From: an uncultured bacterium
GTDB taxonomy: Bacteria > Verrucomicrobiota > Verrucomicrobiia > Limisphaerales > UBA8199
Direction of reading: 5' to 3'
NCBI GenBank assembly: GCA_963749495.1
Contig: CAVVMW010000004.1
Coordinates: 416,001 to 480,000, forward strand
Length of the DNA stretch: 64,000 bases
Part shown: one piece after another, positions 1 to 10,819 of the stretch
Numbering within the stretch: the stretch's first letter is position 1
How the letters are laid out: each line of letters begins with the position of its first letter
Notes under the pieces: generated by a model
Databases searched by the model: none
What the model saw: only the letters and a program-made list of their open reading frames with translations
What the model was told of the DNA's origin: nothing
Made by a program: the position numbers and the translations under genes

Positions 1-2469
1 GCCGCCGGGGCCACGTCTGCCGACCACGAGGCCTCGCCGGTGACGGTCACCCGCGAGTTATTGATCACGATGAGCTGCTTTTCGATCGTTTCGCCGGCGT
101 AGAACGTATGGTCCTTGGTGGTGAAATGCTCCGGCTTGCCTGCGAGCCAGGCCAGCAGGGGCAGGTTGTTGCGGAGCAAGGACTGGGCGGTGGGCGTGGC
201 GACCCAGTCGGACCGCTCGTAGGCCATGTCGAAGCGGGCGTACGTGTGGTCGATGAAGTCCGGGCTGTAGCCCGGCTGCTGGAGCTTGTCCCAGTCCACG
301 GGCAGTGCCTGGGGGCGGTGTTGGAAGCCGTCGCGCAATTTCCAGAAGCGGTCGTGCTCCCAGGGCGAGTTGCCCGAGAGGCCCCAGGTGCGAAAGGCGC
401 GCCAGTTGTCGGTCGTGTAGGCGGCCTGGACAGGCTGCATCTCGTCCAGGCGCACGTCGCCCACCGGGGTCGGATAATCCCAGCGATGCCAAGTGCGTCC
501 CTGGCGGAACTGCTGGGCTTCCCACCGCAGGTTGCGTTTTTCCCGCTCGCTGATGCGGTAGGCCGCATCGCCCAGGAATTGGGCGTTCCATTCTGCCAGG
601 CAGTACTCCCACGGCACGGGCGCGCTGCCGAACTCGCGCTGGCCGTTGTACCAGCCCCGGTACATGGCCCAGTCCCACCCAAAGGGCGCCCCGTATTCGA
701 CCAGGAGCAGCGGTTTGTCCCCCGCGCTGGACCAGTGCTCGAACCAGTCGTCCAACTCCTGGATGGGGACAAAATTCGGGTAGAAATTGAGGGTGTACAT
801 CGCGCTGAGGTCGCCCGACGAGTGGTGATAGACGATTCGCGCCGGGTCCAGGCGCTTGACGATGGCCTCGCAGCGCAACGCGAGCGTGGCGTTGCGGTCG
901 GCCCACGGGTCTCGAGGATTGCTCAACCCGTCCATCATCAGGGGGTTCGTGTCCTCGTTGTAACCGGTGGCGTTGTGGCTCATCGCGTAGGCGACGACCG
1001 ACGGATGGCTGCCGGCCACACGCGTGTAAAACGCCGCGTGGGCCGCGTAACCGTTGGTCTGGTCGGCGTCCGGCGTCTTCCAGTCGTAGGCGCTGAAGTG
1101 CGGCTGCGACAGCGCCACCAGCATCCCCGTGTCATCGGCCGCGCGCAGGATCTCGGCGAAGCTCAGGTGCGCGCCGGGTTCGCAGCCGTAGTTGTGGGTG
1201 TACACGAAGTTGATGCCGAAACTCTTGAGGCGCAGGAGACTCTCCCTGGCCCCCGCGTAGGTCGCCAACGCGGCCCCCACCTGCGCGTTGTCCAGCGGCA
1301 CCAACGACAGGTACAACCGGGTGCCGTTCAGGTAGAAATCACGGCCCTCTATCCAGAACTCCCGGAACCCGAACCGCACCGGTGCCGCCGTGTCCACCGC
1401 CTGGCCGTCCGCGTCCAGGAGCGACACCTCGGCGTCATATTGGTTCTCGGGCGTGTGGATGTCCCATAACTTGGGGGGCTTCCAGGACGCTGTGAACGCC
1501 GTGCGGCCGTTTGTGAGGCCGAGGGCGGAAAACGCCGGGCCGGTGAACTCCGCCACGGGGTTCGCCGTGTCGCTGATCCGGGCGCGCAACTTATACTGCC
1601 TATCGGCCGAGAGCCCCGCCAGGCCCGCCTCGAAGGTGACCCGGCCCTGGCGGAACGAGGTCTGGAGCCGGACCGAGTTCGAGCCGCGCCCCGGGCGGTT
1701 CGCTCACCAGCCAGAGGTTGCCGCACAAGCCGCGGCGTTCGACCCTGCCCTTCCGCTGTTTGGCAGTGTTGGTATCGTTGTAGGACTCCATCAGGGCCTT
1801 GAGCGGCATCGCCACGACCAGCAGGCTCAGGACGTGCTTGGCGCCCGGGCGGACCGCCGCGGAGAGGTCCACCTGGCCGGCGGGGAAGCGGAGTTGGCCC
1901 ACCGCCCGGCCGTCAACATAGATTGCCGCGTAGGAATTGAGGTACTCCACGTCCAGGAGGATGCGCCGGCCGGTCCAATCGTGGGGAATGGTGATGGTGC
2001 GTTCGTACCAAGCGCTGCGGACCTCGCGCAGGCTCATGTCCTTCCAGCTTGGGTGCGGGTAGAGCCTCTGGTAATCGCTCTGCAAGTAGTCCTCGCTGCC
2101 AGGCCAACAAGCGGGGACTTTGCAATAACCCCAAGCCGCAGCCGGCACATCGAGGGCGTTCTCGGCCGCCGGCTGCCAGCGCCAAAGCCCGTTGATGCAC
2201 AGGCGTTCGCGGGTTGGGGTGGTCTCGCGCCTGGCCTTGGCCGCGTCCCACACCGCCTTGACGCCCGGCGGCAGCGCCACGGCAGATTGGTCCTGCGCCG
2301 CGGCCGGGCAGGGCAGTGCGAGCATGCCCCACGCGGCCACCAGCAGCAGGGCCGCCTTAGCGCGGGGTGCGGGATGCAGGTCACAGGCCGGGGCGGGGGG
2401 CGTTCGAGCCGCTTGCAGCAGCCCGCTCTTGGGCGCCAATTGCCTGGCGGCCGCGTGGAGCGTGTTCAT
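1..2469 (-). CDS. Secreted glycoside hydrolase family 2-like protein (sugar-binding domain + TIM barrel); frameshift near 1678; runs off the window's left edge
   Basis: Signal peptide (ALLLVAAWGMLALPCPAAA) and GH2 N-domain text (CINGLWRWQP, AWYERTITIP, GRRILLDVE). After removing one base near 1678 the frame continues with WKPPKLWD, RFGFREFWIEGRDFYLNG, LKSFGINFVYTH, HPSVVAYAMSHN and KPLLLVEYG to position 1. Confidence 0.75.
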
Positions 2470-2558
2470 CGTGGAGTCATTCTTCCATCCACCGCCTTGC
2501 CGTATCAAGCCTTTTACAACGGATTGCCCAATTGCCCGGGTTCTGCTAAGGGTAATTC

Positions 2559-3728
2559 GTGCATTCTTTCGTCCAGCGCGGCGAATTGCGCGACCTCTAT
2601 GAGAAGGTCGCCGCCGGCGAACGGATTTCCGAGGCGGAGGCCTTGCGGCTTTTCGAGAGCCGGGATCTGCACTCGCTAGGGGCCATTGCGGACCTGGCCC
2701 GGCAGCGCCAAGTGGGGCGGCGCGCCAGCTATATCCTCAACCGTTACCTCAACTACTCGAATTACTGCATCCTGAGCTGCCGGTTCTGCTCCTTCGCGCG
2801 CAAGAAGCGCGACGCCGACGGCTTCCAGTTGAGCATCGAGGAGATGGCCGGCAAGGCGCGCGAGGCCCTCGGGTGGGGCATCACCGAACTGCACATCGTG
2901 GGGGGGCTGCACCCGAGCCTGCCCTTCAGCTACTACACGGACATGCTCCGGGCCTTGAGGGCGGTGGATGGCCGCCTCCAGTTAAAGGCCTTCACTGCCA
3001 TCGAGGTCCTGCACCTGGCCTGGCTGGCCAAAAAATCGGTCACCCAGACTCTCCTCGAGTTGAAGGCCGCCGGCCTGGACTCGCTCACTGGCGGCGGCGC
3101 CGAGATCTTCCGCAAGGAGGTCCGCTCGGCCATTGCCCGGGGCAAGGAATCGGCCGAGGAATACCTGGACGTGCACCGGACCTGGCATCGCCTGGGCGGG
3201 CGCAGCACCTGCACCATGCTCTATGGCCATATCGAGTCCACGGCCGACCGTGTGGACCACTTGCGCCAATTGCGCGCCCTCCAGGACGAAACGCACGGAT
3301 TCGTCGGTTTCGTGCCCCTGCCCTATCAACCCGGAAACAACGACCTGCCCGTGCGCCACCCGCCCACGGGGTTCGACATGCTGCGCACACTGGCCGTGAG
3401 CCGCGTCTATCTCGACAACTTCCCCCATCTCACCGCTTACTGGGTCGGCCTGGGCCTCAAGCTGGCCCAACTGGCCCTGAGCTTCGGCGCCGATGACCTC
3501 CACGGCACCATCCTCGAAGAACACATCTTCCACATGGCCGGCGCCAACACGCCCCAGGCGCAGACCGAAGCCGAGATGGTCCAGGCCATCCGCGAGGCCG
3601 GCTGCACCCCGGTGCAGCGCGACACCTTCTACGAACCGATCAGAATCTGGGAAACCCCCGAAACGCCCGCCGCGCCCCTCCAGCGCCCGCGCTCGTCCCT
3701 CCTCGAGAGCAACCTGGCGACGGGGTGA
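2559..3728 (+). CDS. mqnE: Aminofutalosine synthase MqnE (CofH/MqnC/MqnE radical SAM family)
   Basis: CxxxCxxC motif (NYCILSCRFCSF), ELHIVGGLHP, KAFTAIE, GGGAEIF, TMLYGHIES, GADDLHGTILEEHIFHMAG. Confidence 0.85.
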   Translation: MHSFVQRGELRDLYEKVAAGERISEAEALRLFESRDLHSLGAIADLARQRQVGRRASYILNRYLNYSNYCILSCRFCSFARKKRDADGFQLSIEEMAGKAREALGWGITELHIVGGLHPSLPFSYYTDMLRALRAVDGRLQLKAFTAIEVLHLAWLAKKSVTQTLLELKAAGLDSLTGGGAEIFRKEVRSAIARGKESAEEYLDVHRTWHRLGGRSTCTMLYGHIESTADRVDHLRQLRALQDETHGFVGFVPLPYQPGNNDLPVRHPPTGFDMLRTLAVSRVYLDNFPHLTAYWVGLGLKLAQLALSFGADDLHGTILEEHIFHMAGANTPQAQTEAEMVQAIREAGCTPVQRDTFYEPIRIWETPETPAAPLQRPRSSLLESNLATG

Positions 3729-3822
3729 GAATGACGAATGACGAATGACGAATGACGAATGACGAATGACGAATGACGAATGGCCCGTCCCTTTCGTCAT
3801 TCGTCATTCGTCATTCGTCATT
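3728..3822. repeat. Tandem heptamer (GAATGAC)n followed by inverted copies (GTCATTC)n
   Basis: About 7 direct units, then about 4 reverse-complement units, forming a long hairpin. The same unit recurs at 13688-13720 and 13832-13856. Confidence 0.9.
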
Positions 3823-3880
3823 GGTCCCTCGCGTCCCTTTCCCTTCTCGACGCCGCTTTTTGTCTTGGCAACCGCCGCGC

Positions 3881-4702
3881 ATGCCGCACCCTTTCCGGGT
3901 GATTCATGCCAGTGCCATTGTGCACCCGGAGGCCAAGCTGGACCCGACGGTCCGGGTCGGGCCTTACGCCGTGATTGATGCAGGCGTCCAGATCGGCCCC
4001 GAGTGCGACATCGGCCCGCACGTATATCTGACCGGCCAGACGAGCATCGGCGCCCATAACCGCTTCTTTGCCGGCTGCGTCATCGGCGAGTCCCCGCAGG
4101 ACCTGAAGTACCAGGGCGAACCGACCGCCCTGAGGATCGGCGACCATAATGTCTTCCGCGAACACGTCACCGTGCACCGCTCGAACCACGCGGGCGAGGC
4201 CACGATCATCGGTTCGCACAACTATCTCATGCAGCACAGCCACGTGGCCCACAACGTTGTGTTCGGAGATTACGTCATCCTGGCCGGGGGCGCCCTGTTG
4301 GCGGGGCACGTGAGCGTGGGGGACCGCGCGTTCATTTCCGGCAACTGCCTGGTACACCAGTTCGTGCGCATCGGCGCGCTCGCCCTGATGCAAGGCGGCT
4401 CGGCCGTCAGCAAGGACCTGCCGCCTTACGTCATCGCGCGCGGCGCCAACGGCCTCTGCGGCCTCAACACCGTCGGCCTGCGCCGCGCCGGCTTCTCCCT
4501 GGCCCAACGCCTGGAATTGAAACAGCTCTATCATCTGCTGTTCCGCTCCGGGCTGAGTGTCCAGGCGGCCATGGCGCAAGCCCGCCAGCAGTCTTGGGAC
4601 GCGCCCGCGATGGCCATGCTCGATTTCATTGCCGCCTCCAAACGCGGCATCTGCTCCGATGCCGGCCGCCCCACGCTCTTGGAGCCGGAGGAGCAGGGCT
4701 AA
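3881..4702 (+). CDS. lpxA: Acyl-ACP--UDP-N-acetylglucosamine O-acyltransferase
   Basis: Hexapeptide repeats, IHASAIVHP, PQDLKYQGE, NVFREHVTVHR, SHVAHN, LVHQFVRIG, GLNTVGLRRAG. Confidence 0.92.
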   Translation: MPHPFRVIHASAIVHPEAKLDPTVRVGPYAVIDAGVQIGPECDIGPHVYLTGQTSIGAHNRFFAGCVIGESPQDLKYQGEPTALRIGDHNVFREHVTVHRSNHAGEATIIGSHNYLMQHSHVAHNVVFGDYVILAGGALLAGHVSVGDRAFISGNCLVHQFVRIGALALMQGGSAVSKDLPPYVIARGANGLCGLNTVGLRRAGFSLAQRLELKQLYHLLFRSGLSVQAAMAQARQQSWDAPAMAMLDFIAASKRGICSDAGRPTLLEPEEQG

Positions 4703-4877
4703 AGGCCAGGACCAAGGCTAAAGGCTAAAGGCTGAAGGCTAAAGTACGAAAGCAACTCGTCAGGGGCGCTTCCCGGCACTGCCCCCGGGGTGGGCCGGTC
4801 CCCGAAATGCGACAGCCTGGGCTGGAGGGAGCTTGCGAGCGGAGGCCCGGGTCCGATGTCACCAGGATTTCACGCTC

Positions 4878-5065
4878 GTCCCGGAGGGACGCATGATAAT
4901 AGCCCGGCGTTTCAACGCCGGGTGAGCGGACACAGGGAGCAGGTCCGTCCCGAAGGGACGGCTGAAAGCAAGGAGCATTCTCAGCCGTCCCTTCGGGACG
5001 AGGGTCCCTTTCGTAGCCTCCCCGGCGTTGAAACGCCGGGCTATTGTCAGATGTCCCTCCGGGAC
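4878..5065. repeat. Nested palindromic REP/REPIN-like element, family A (GTCCCGGAGGGAC / ATAGCCCGGCG..CGCCGGGCTAT / GTCCCGAAGGGAC)
   Basis: ~190 bp inverted repeat built from short hairpins. Related copies at 21680-21861, 51649-51830 and 57127-57377. Bracketed by heptamers (AAGGCTA)n at 4714-4744 and (TAGCCTT)n at 5119-5150. Confidence 0.85.
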
Positions 5066-5135
5066 ATGCACGTGCCGAGGCGCGTCTTTGAATGAACCAC
5101 GCAGAGCTTTGCCTCCGTCCTTCAGCCTTTAGCCT

Positions 5136-6035
5136 TTAGCCTTTAGCCTTTACTTGCTCAAGGAGGAAGTCGCGCCAGGCCTCCAGGCCCTGGCCGGTGC
5201 GGGCGGAGGTCTCGAACACGCGCGCCCGCGCCGCCACACGCCGCAGGTTGGCCAGCGCCAGCTCCCGGTCGTAGCCGCACGCCCCCGCCAGGTCGGTCTT
5301 GCTGATGACCACCACGTCCGCGCCCTGGAACAGGGGCGGATACTTCAACGGTTTGTCTTCGCCTTCGGTGACGGAGAGCAGGACCACGCGCAGGTCTTCG
5401 CCCAGGTCGTAGGCAGCGGGGCAAACCAGGTTGCCGACGTTCTCGATGATCAGCAAGTTGAGGCCGTCGAGGTCGAGTTTCTGCACGGCCCGCGCCACCA
5501 TCTCGGCTTCCAGGTGACAAACGGTGCCGGTGGTGATCTGCACGACCGGCGCCCCGGATTCCCGCAGCCGCTGCGCATCGTTGTCCGTCGCCAGGTCGCC
5601 CACGATGATGCCCGCCTTGAGCCGGGGGCCAAGCGCCCGCACCGTCTCCCGCAGAAACGTGGTCTTGCCCGAGCCGGGCGCGGAAAGGACATTCAGGACC
5701 CAGAGGCCGCGCGCGAGGAAAAAGCCCCGGTTCCGTTCGGCCAGCCGGTCGTTCCTTTCCAGGATCGCCCGCCGCACCTCGACGGTGCGGCGCGCCTCGG
5801 CGGCCTCCGGGTGCTCGTGAGCATGGCTGTGGTCGTGGCCTGGGTCGTGATCGTGGCCGTGGTCGTGATCGTGGCCGGCTGCCTCGTGGGAATGGGGATG
5901 AACGTGCGCGTGAGCGTGGGCGTCGCCATGGTGCTGGCCCGGGCCATGCTCGTGTTCATGCTCGTGTTCGCCGTGGTGGGCGCTAATCCCGATCGGCTCT
6001 TCCGTGGGCAATCCGCATCCGCACTCTTCGCACAT
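5136..6035 (-). CDS. hypB: Hydrogenase nickel incorporation GTPase HypB with His-rich linker
   Basis: N-terminal CxxCGC, His-rich tract, [45 protein letters not shown]. Confidence 0.95.
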   Translation of the reverse strand: MCEECGCGLPTEEPIGISAHHGEHEHEHEHGPGQHHGDAHAHAHVHPHSHEAAGHDHDHGHDHDPGHDHSHAHEHPEAAEARRTVEVRRAILERNDRLAERNRGFFLARGLWVLNVLSAPGSGKTTFLRETVRALGPRLKAGIIVGDLATDNDAQRLRESGAPVVQITTGTVCHLEAEMVARAVQKLDLDGLNLLIIENVGNLVCPAAYDLGEDLRVVLLSVTEGEDKPLKYPPLFQGADVVVISKTDLAGACGYDRELALANLRRVAARARVFETSARTGQGLEAWRDFLLEQVKAKG

Positions 6036-6376
6036 CAGTCAATCTCCATCGAGGCCACTTCCATCTCACGACCGGCGCGGAGTTCCCCGCTGGGCCTGTG
6101 GCAGGCGGGACAATCCGCAAACAGATCCTCGGACACGAACTCGCGCGAGCAGGCGGCGCACCAGAACCGGGCCGGCACGCACTCGATGGCCAACTCCGCC
6201 TTTTCGGCCAGGGTCCCGGGCGCCAGGACCTCGAAGGCGAACTGCAACGCGTCGGGCACCACCCCGCTGAGGGCGCCAATGCGCAGGCGAATCACAAGCA
6301 CCCGATGGGCGCCGGCCTGCGTGGCCTGGTCGAGGGCCATGCTCAAGGCGCTCTGCATAATCGATAGCTCGTGCAC
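6035..6376 (-). CDS. hypA: Hydrogenase maturation nickel metallochaperone HypA
   Basis: GTG start giving MHELSI; IGALSGV; two CxxC motifs (CAAC, CPAC); GREM; abuts hypB. Confidence 0.93.
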   Translation of the reverse strand: MHELSIMQSALSMALDQATQAGAHRVLVIRLRIGALSGVVPDALQFAFEVLAPGTLAEKAELAIECVPARFWCAACSREFVSEDLFADCPACHRPSGELRAGREMEVASMEID

Positions 6377-6447
6377 GTTTGTCCGAAACACGCCGGTCTG
6401 CCGGCCCGCCGGTTCATCCAGCCAGGCCGGTCCCCATCCTTCTAATC

Positions 6448-6795
6448 TTATGACCCGCACGCGATTCTGGCAACTGTCGCGTCCAGAAAGCTAAGATTTT
6501 CCCGGGCCATTTCCTGCATCGGATCGAGCTCCAGGACACGACCGTAGGTGATTTTGGCGGTTTCGAGGTCCCCGGCTTCGAAGAAACATCGGGCCAGGAG
6601 CAGCAAGTAGTGGGAAGTGAAGCACCCCACGGCCCCGGGCCTGAGCGAGGGCGCCTTCAGGTTGAGCGCATTGCCCAGGGAAGCGGAGTGGCGCCTGTAA
6701 TTCTGCTGCAGGTTGCAGGCTGCAAGCTGCCGCTCCAACTCCTGCCTGCGGCCCAAATTGCCGTCCAGGTTGATGTAGTAACCGGCATAGTGCAT
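6448..6795 (-). pseudogene. Internally deleted gene: GT25-like N-terminus joined to a single C-terminal TPR
   Basis: YYINLD..RR and GCFTSH (glycosyltransferase family 25 N-terminal motifs) run directly into TPR text (LARCFFEAGDLETAKITYGRVLELDP). Only ~115 aa. Confidence 0.55.
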
Positions 6796-7009
6796 TCGAG
6801 TGTGTCGTTGAGACATCTCCTCTGAGCAACTTACTTGCCAACCTCTGGCTTGTGGTTCCGACTCCAGCCTTGCATCGGCTCCCGGCTCAGGCACACTGGC
6901 GCTGCACGAAATGGCAAGAAAGCGGCTGAGAACGACCAGAAAGACCCGCCTGGACTCCCTGACGACGGTGCTTGGCGCGCCCTGCGCCTGCCGCCGTTGA
7001 GCCGGATTT

Positions 7010-8530
7010 ATGGCTGGCACACCCCGCGAAGCACAGGCGCGTTTCGATCAGGCCCGGCGATGGCAGGCCCTGGGCCGCCAGCCCGATGCCGCCCGCTGCT
7101 ACGTGGAGGCGCTCCAACTATTTCCCGGCTTCGTCGAGGCCGCCTTCAATCTCGGCCTGTTGTTCCAGGAGATGGGCCAGCTCCAGGAGGCCATCGGCTG
7201 CTACCACCAGGCCGTGCGCATCCGGCCCGATTTCGCCATGGCGTGGGGCAACCTTGGGGCGGCCTGTCACCACGCCGGACGAATCCAGGAGGCCCTGGAC
7301 TGTTTCCACCAGGCCCTGCGGCTCAAGCCCGGCGCCCCCAATGTGTTGAATAACCTGGGCAATGCCTTGCGCGCCCAGCTTGACCACCGCCAGGCCATCG
7401 CCTGTTTTCAAGAAGCCCTGCGCCGCTCACCCGCCGACGCGGAAATCCATCTCAACCTGGCCAACGCCTGGCGCGAAATCGGCCGCCCGGCGGAGGCCGC
7501 CAACTCCCTGCGCCGGGCCATCCAATTGCGTCCCGATTTCGCCGAGGCGCATTGTGACCTCGCCTTTGCGCTCTTGCTTCAAGGCGATTTTGCGCGCGGG
7601 TTCGAAGAATACGAGTGGCGCTTGCGCCGGGCCCGCTGCGCGCCTCGGCAGTTCCCGTTTCCGGCCTGGCGCGGCCAAGACCCGCGGGGCCGGAGGTTGC
7701 TGGTTCACGCCGAGCAAGGCGCCGGCGACGCCATCCAGTTCGTCCGCCTCGTAACCGCGCTGGCTGCGCGCGGCGCGCACGTGGTGCTCGAATGCCCCCC
7801 AGCGCTGGCGGCTCTCCTCGAGTCGGTGGAGGGAGTCGAACGGGTCATTTGCCGCGGCGAGACCCTCCCCGAAGCCTCCGGGGCGAAGGAAGGCGCAGCG
7901 TCTGCTCCCGAACACCCCGCCTTTGACTGGCACAGCCCGCTCCTGAGCCTGCCCCACCTCCTCCATCTCTCGCTGGATACGATTCCCACCAGAACACCTT
8001 ACTTGCGGCCGCCTCGAGGGCGCCAGGAGCGGCTGCCCCCGCTCTCCGATGCGCAAGGCCGACTCCTAAAGGTCGGACTGGTCTGGCGGGGAAATCCCCA
8101 GCACAAGAACGATCGCCATCGTTCGCTCCCGGTCGAGTTGCTCGAACCGCTGCTGGCGGTGCCGGGGGTGGCGTGCTACAGCCTCCAGGTCGGCGCGCCT
8201 CCGGACGCCCCGCTACCCGGGCCTCCGTTCGACAAGCTGATTGACTTGCAGAAGCTGATCCACGATTTCGGAGATACCGCGGTGCTCATGAAGCAGCTCG
8301 ATCTCATTATCTCGGTTAACACCAGCACGGTTCATCTTGCGGGGGCGCTGGCGCAGCCCGCGTGGTTGCTGCTCCCGTGCGCGCCCGATTGGCGCTGGCT
8401 CCTCGGCCGAAACGACAGTCCCTGGTACCCCAGTCTCCGCCTCTTCCGCCAGCCTGTCCCCGGGGACTGGGCCAGCGTCGTGCGAGAGGTGCGCGCCGCC
8501 CTCGCCTTGCGCGCTGCAACCTCCCGGTGA
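7010..8530 (+). CDS. TPR-repeat protein with C-terminal GT9-like glycosyltransferase domain
   Basis: About 6 TPRs (AAFNLG, AWGNLG, LNNLGNAL), then EQGAGDAIQF, VGLVWRGNP, DFGDTA, VHLAGAL, DWRW, SPWYPSLRLFRQ. Confidence 0.88.
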   Translation: MAGTPREAQARFDQARRWQALGRQPDAARCYVEALQLFPGFVEAAFNLGLLFQEMGQLQEAIGCYHQAVRIRPDFAMAWGNLGAACHHAGRIQEALDCFHQALRLKPGAPNVLNNLGNALRAQLDHRQAIACFQEALRRSPADAEIHLNLANAWREIGRPAEAANSLRRAIQLRPDFAEAHCDLAFALLLQGDFARGFEEYEWRLRRARCAPRQFPFPAWRGQDPRGRRLLVHAEQGAGDAIQFVRLVTALAARGAHVVLECPPALAALLESVEGVERVICRGETLPEASGAKEGAASAPEHPAFDWHSPLLSLPHLLHLSLDTIPTRTPYLRPPRGRQERLPPLSDAQGRLLKVGLVWRGNPQHKNDRHRSLPVELLEPLLAVPGVACYSLQVGAPPDAPLPGPPFDKLIDLQKLIHDFGDTAVLMKQLDLIISVNTSTVHLAGALAQPAWLLLPCAPDWRWLLGRNDSPWYPSLRLFRQPVPGDWASVVREVRAALALRAATSR

Positions 8531-8623
8531 AAAGCCCTGAAATTGAAGCAGGTTGGGAAACCTGCGCTACAAACTCGTGCGCCCTGCCAAACGGGGGCAG
8601 TGTCGGGATGCGGCCTCCGCCCT

Positions 8624-9124
8624 CTATTCCTTCTCCCCCCGTTTGCCGGCCAGCTTATCGATCTGGTAGAGGCCGTTGTGGTTTTGTCCCACCAGCTCGA
8701 GCTGGGCGACGAAATCGCTGACGGTCTTCTCCTCCTCGACCTGCTCGTCCAGGAACCATTTCAGGAGCGAGAGCGTGGGGTAATCCTTCTCTGCCTGGGC
8801 CAGTTCATAGAGGCCGCAGATGGCGGCGGAGACCTTCCGTTCGTGGGCCAGGCTGGCCTGGAAGGCCTCCAGCGGCGATTTGTAATCGCACTTGGGCTCG
8901 CCCAGGCCCTTGAGCGTCACCCGTCCGTTCCGTTCCGCGATGTAATCGAAAAACTTGCGCGCGTGAACCAGTTCCTCGTCGGTCTGCAGCTTCATCCACT
9001 TTGCAAAGCCGCTGAAGGGAGTCTGCTCGAAATAAGCCGCCATCCCGAAGTAGGCGTAGGCGGCCGCCAACTCGAGATTGATTTGTTCGTTTAGTGCCTT
9101 TTCCAATCCGTTGGGTAATTTCAT
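8624..9124 (-). CDS. ftnA: Non-heme ferritin
   Basis: LNEQINLEL, GFAKWM, EELVHARK, HERKVS, LKWFLDEQVEEE ferroxidase ligands. Confidence 0.92.
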   Translation of the reverse strand: MKLPNGLEKALNEQINLELAAAYAYFGMAAYFEQTPFSGFAKWMKLQTDEELVHARKFFDYIAERNGRVTLKGLGEPKCDYKSPLEAFQASLAHERKVSAAICGLYELAQAEKDYPTLSLLKWFLDEQVEEEKTVSDFVAQLELVGQNHNGLYQIDKLAGKRGEKE

Positions 9125-9174
9125 AGCTCTCAGATTAGTTGACCTGCGCCATTTGGCAAGCAGTTCGCGACCCG

Positions 9175-9268
9175 CCCAAATCCTCGCCTAAAGCAAATCT
9201 TAAACCACGGAATACACGGAACACACGGAAAAAGGCCCCTTTCCGTGTATTCCGTGTGTTCCGTGGTT
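9175..9268. repeat. Composite repeat: CCCAAATCCTCGCCT motif plus palindrome of 9-mers (ACACGGAAY)n...(TTCCGTGT)n
   Basis: Inverted second copy at 31714-31812; motif alone at 53652-53670. Confidence 0.8.
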
Positions 9269-9368
9269 CCCTAGCTTCTCTCCATTGGCACAAAACCCCG
9301 CCGCAAGGTGGGGGAACTGCTCCCGCGCGGGGGCTTGATTGTGAGGCGCGGATGGGCGAAGTAAGTTC

Positions 9369-10640
9369 GTGGTTCTTTACAACGTATTTCCTTTGCTGGT
9401 GGGTCCCTTCATGAAATGGAGCCCGCATTTGCGGCGCGCGGCCGGGATGGGCTTCAACTGGGTGTTTTTCAACCCGATACAGCACGTGGGCGCGTCCCGG
9501 AGTTTGTACTCGATAGCCGATTACTTCAGGTTCAATGCCGCCCTGCTGGAGGCGGAGAGCGCGGCGCCGCCCCAGGAGCAGTTTCGCCGGATGATGGACG
9601 AGGCCCGTGCGGCGGGGCTCAAGGTCATGATCGACCTGGTCATCAACCACTGCGCGATCGATGCGCCGGTCACGCGGGAGCACCCGGAGTGGTTCCTGCG
9701 CGAGCGGGATGGGCGGGTCGCCAACGCCTTCTGCACTCACGATCACAAGAAGGTGGTCTGGAAAGACCTGGCCCAGTTCGATCACGAGCACACCCCCGAC
9801 CCGGAGGGCCTCTACCGCTACTGCCTGCGCATCGTGGAACATTTGGTGGGGCTGGGATTCGAGGGGTTCCGGTGCGACGCCGCCTACAAGGTGCCGCGGC
9901 GGTTCTGGAGGCGGCTCTTCCACGACGTGCGGCCGCGCCGCACCGACCTCTGTTTCGTGGCCGAGACGCTGGGCTGCACCGCCGACCAGACCCGGGAGAC
10001 GGCCCGCGCCGGCTTCAATTACGTGTTCAACAGCTCCAAATACTGGAACTTCCAGGACTGGTGGCTCCTGGCCCAGTACAACCTCCTGCGCGAGACGACC
10101 CTCTCGATCAGCTTCCCCGAGAGCCACGACACCGCCCGGCTCTGCGCCGAGTGCAACGGCAACCTCAACGCGATGAAACAGCGCTACCTCTTTGCCGCCC
10201 TCTTCTCGGCCGGGCTGATGATGCCCATCGGTTTCGAGTACGGCTTCTCCAAACCGCTGCACGTCGTCAAGACCACGCCCGCCGACTGGGAGACCACCGG
10301 CATCGATTTGTGCGGCTACATCGCCAAGGTCAATGCCATCAAGAAGACCTATCCCATCTTCCTGGAGGAGAGCCCCACCCAACTCCTGCACTCGCCCAAC
10401 CCCAACGTGCTCCTGATGTGGAAGGGCTCGGTCAAGCACCCGGACGAGGCCCTGCTCATCCTCAACAAGGACCCGGTCAATTACCAGGAGTTCTACACCG
10501 AGCACCTCCGCCAGTTCACCCAGTCGGGCGCCCCGCTGCGCGACGTTTCCCCCGAATACCCGCTCGATTACATCCACCAGCCGTTCCACTACGCCTTGCG
10601 CCCCGGCCAAGGGATCGTGCTGGTGACGTCACGGACCTGA
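9369..10640 (+). CDS. Alpha-amylase family glycoside hydrolase (GH13)
   Basis: GH13 conserved regions: MIDLVINH, GFRCDAAY, AETLG, ESHDT. Confidence 0.9.
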   Translation: MVLYNVFPLLVGPFMKWSPHLRRAAGMGFNWVFFNPIQHVGASRSLYSIADYFRFNAALLEAESAAPPQEQFRRMMDEARAAGLKVMIDLVINHCAIDAPVTREHPEWFLRERDGRVANAFCTHDHKKVVWKDLAQFDHEHTPDPEGLYRYCLRIVEHLVGLGFEGFRCDAAYKVPRRFWRRLFHDVRPRRTDLCFVAETLGCTADQTRETARAGFNYVFNSSKYWNFQDWWLLAQYNLLRETTLSISFPESHDTARLCAECNGNLNAMKQRYLFAALFSAGLMMPIGFEYGFSKPLHVVKTTPADWETTGIDLCGYIAKVNAIKKTYPIFLEESPTQLLHSPNPNVLLMWKGSVKHPDEALLILNKDPVNYQEFYTEHLRQFTQSGAPLRDVSPEYPLDYIHQPFHYALRPGQGIVLVTSRT

Positions 10641-10819
10641 CCCCATCGGCTGCGGCGCGATGGGAGTGCGCCCGTCCTCGGGCGCAGCGACGTCCGCAGC
10701 CCGGGCAGCGGTCAATCTATCAGTCCATCAATCCATCGTGCGCTCTGGCGCGCCGCCTGCTCCGTCGCTGCTGCGCCCGGGGACGGGCGCACTCCGGGGG
10801 CAGCGTCCGGATACGCCCC

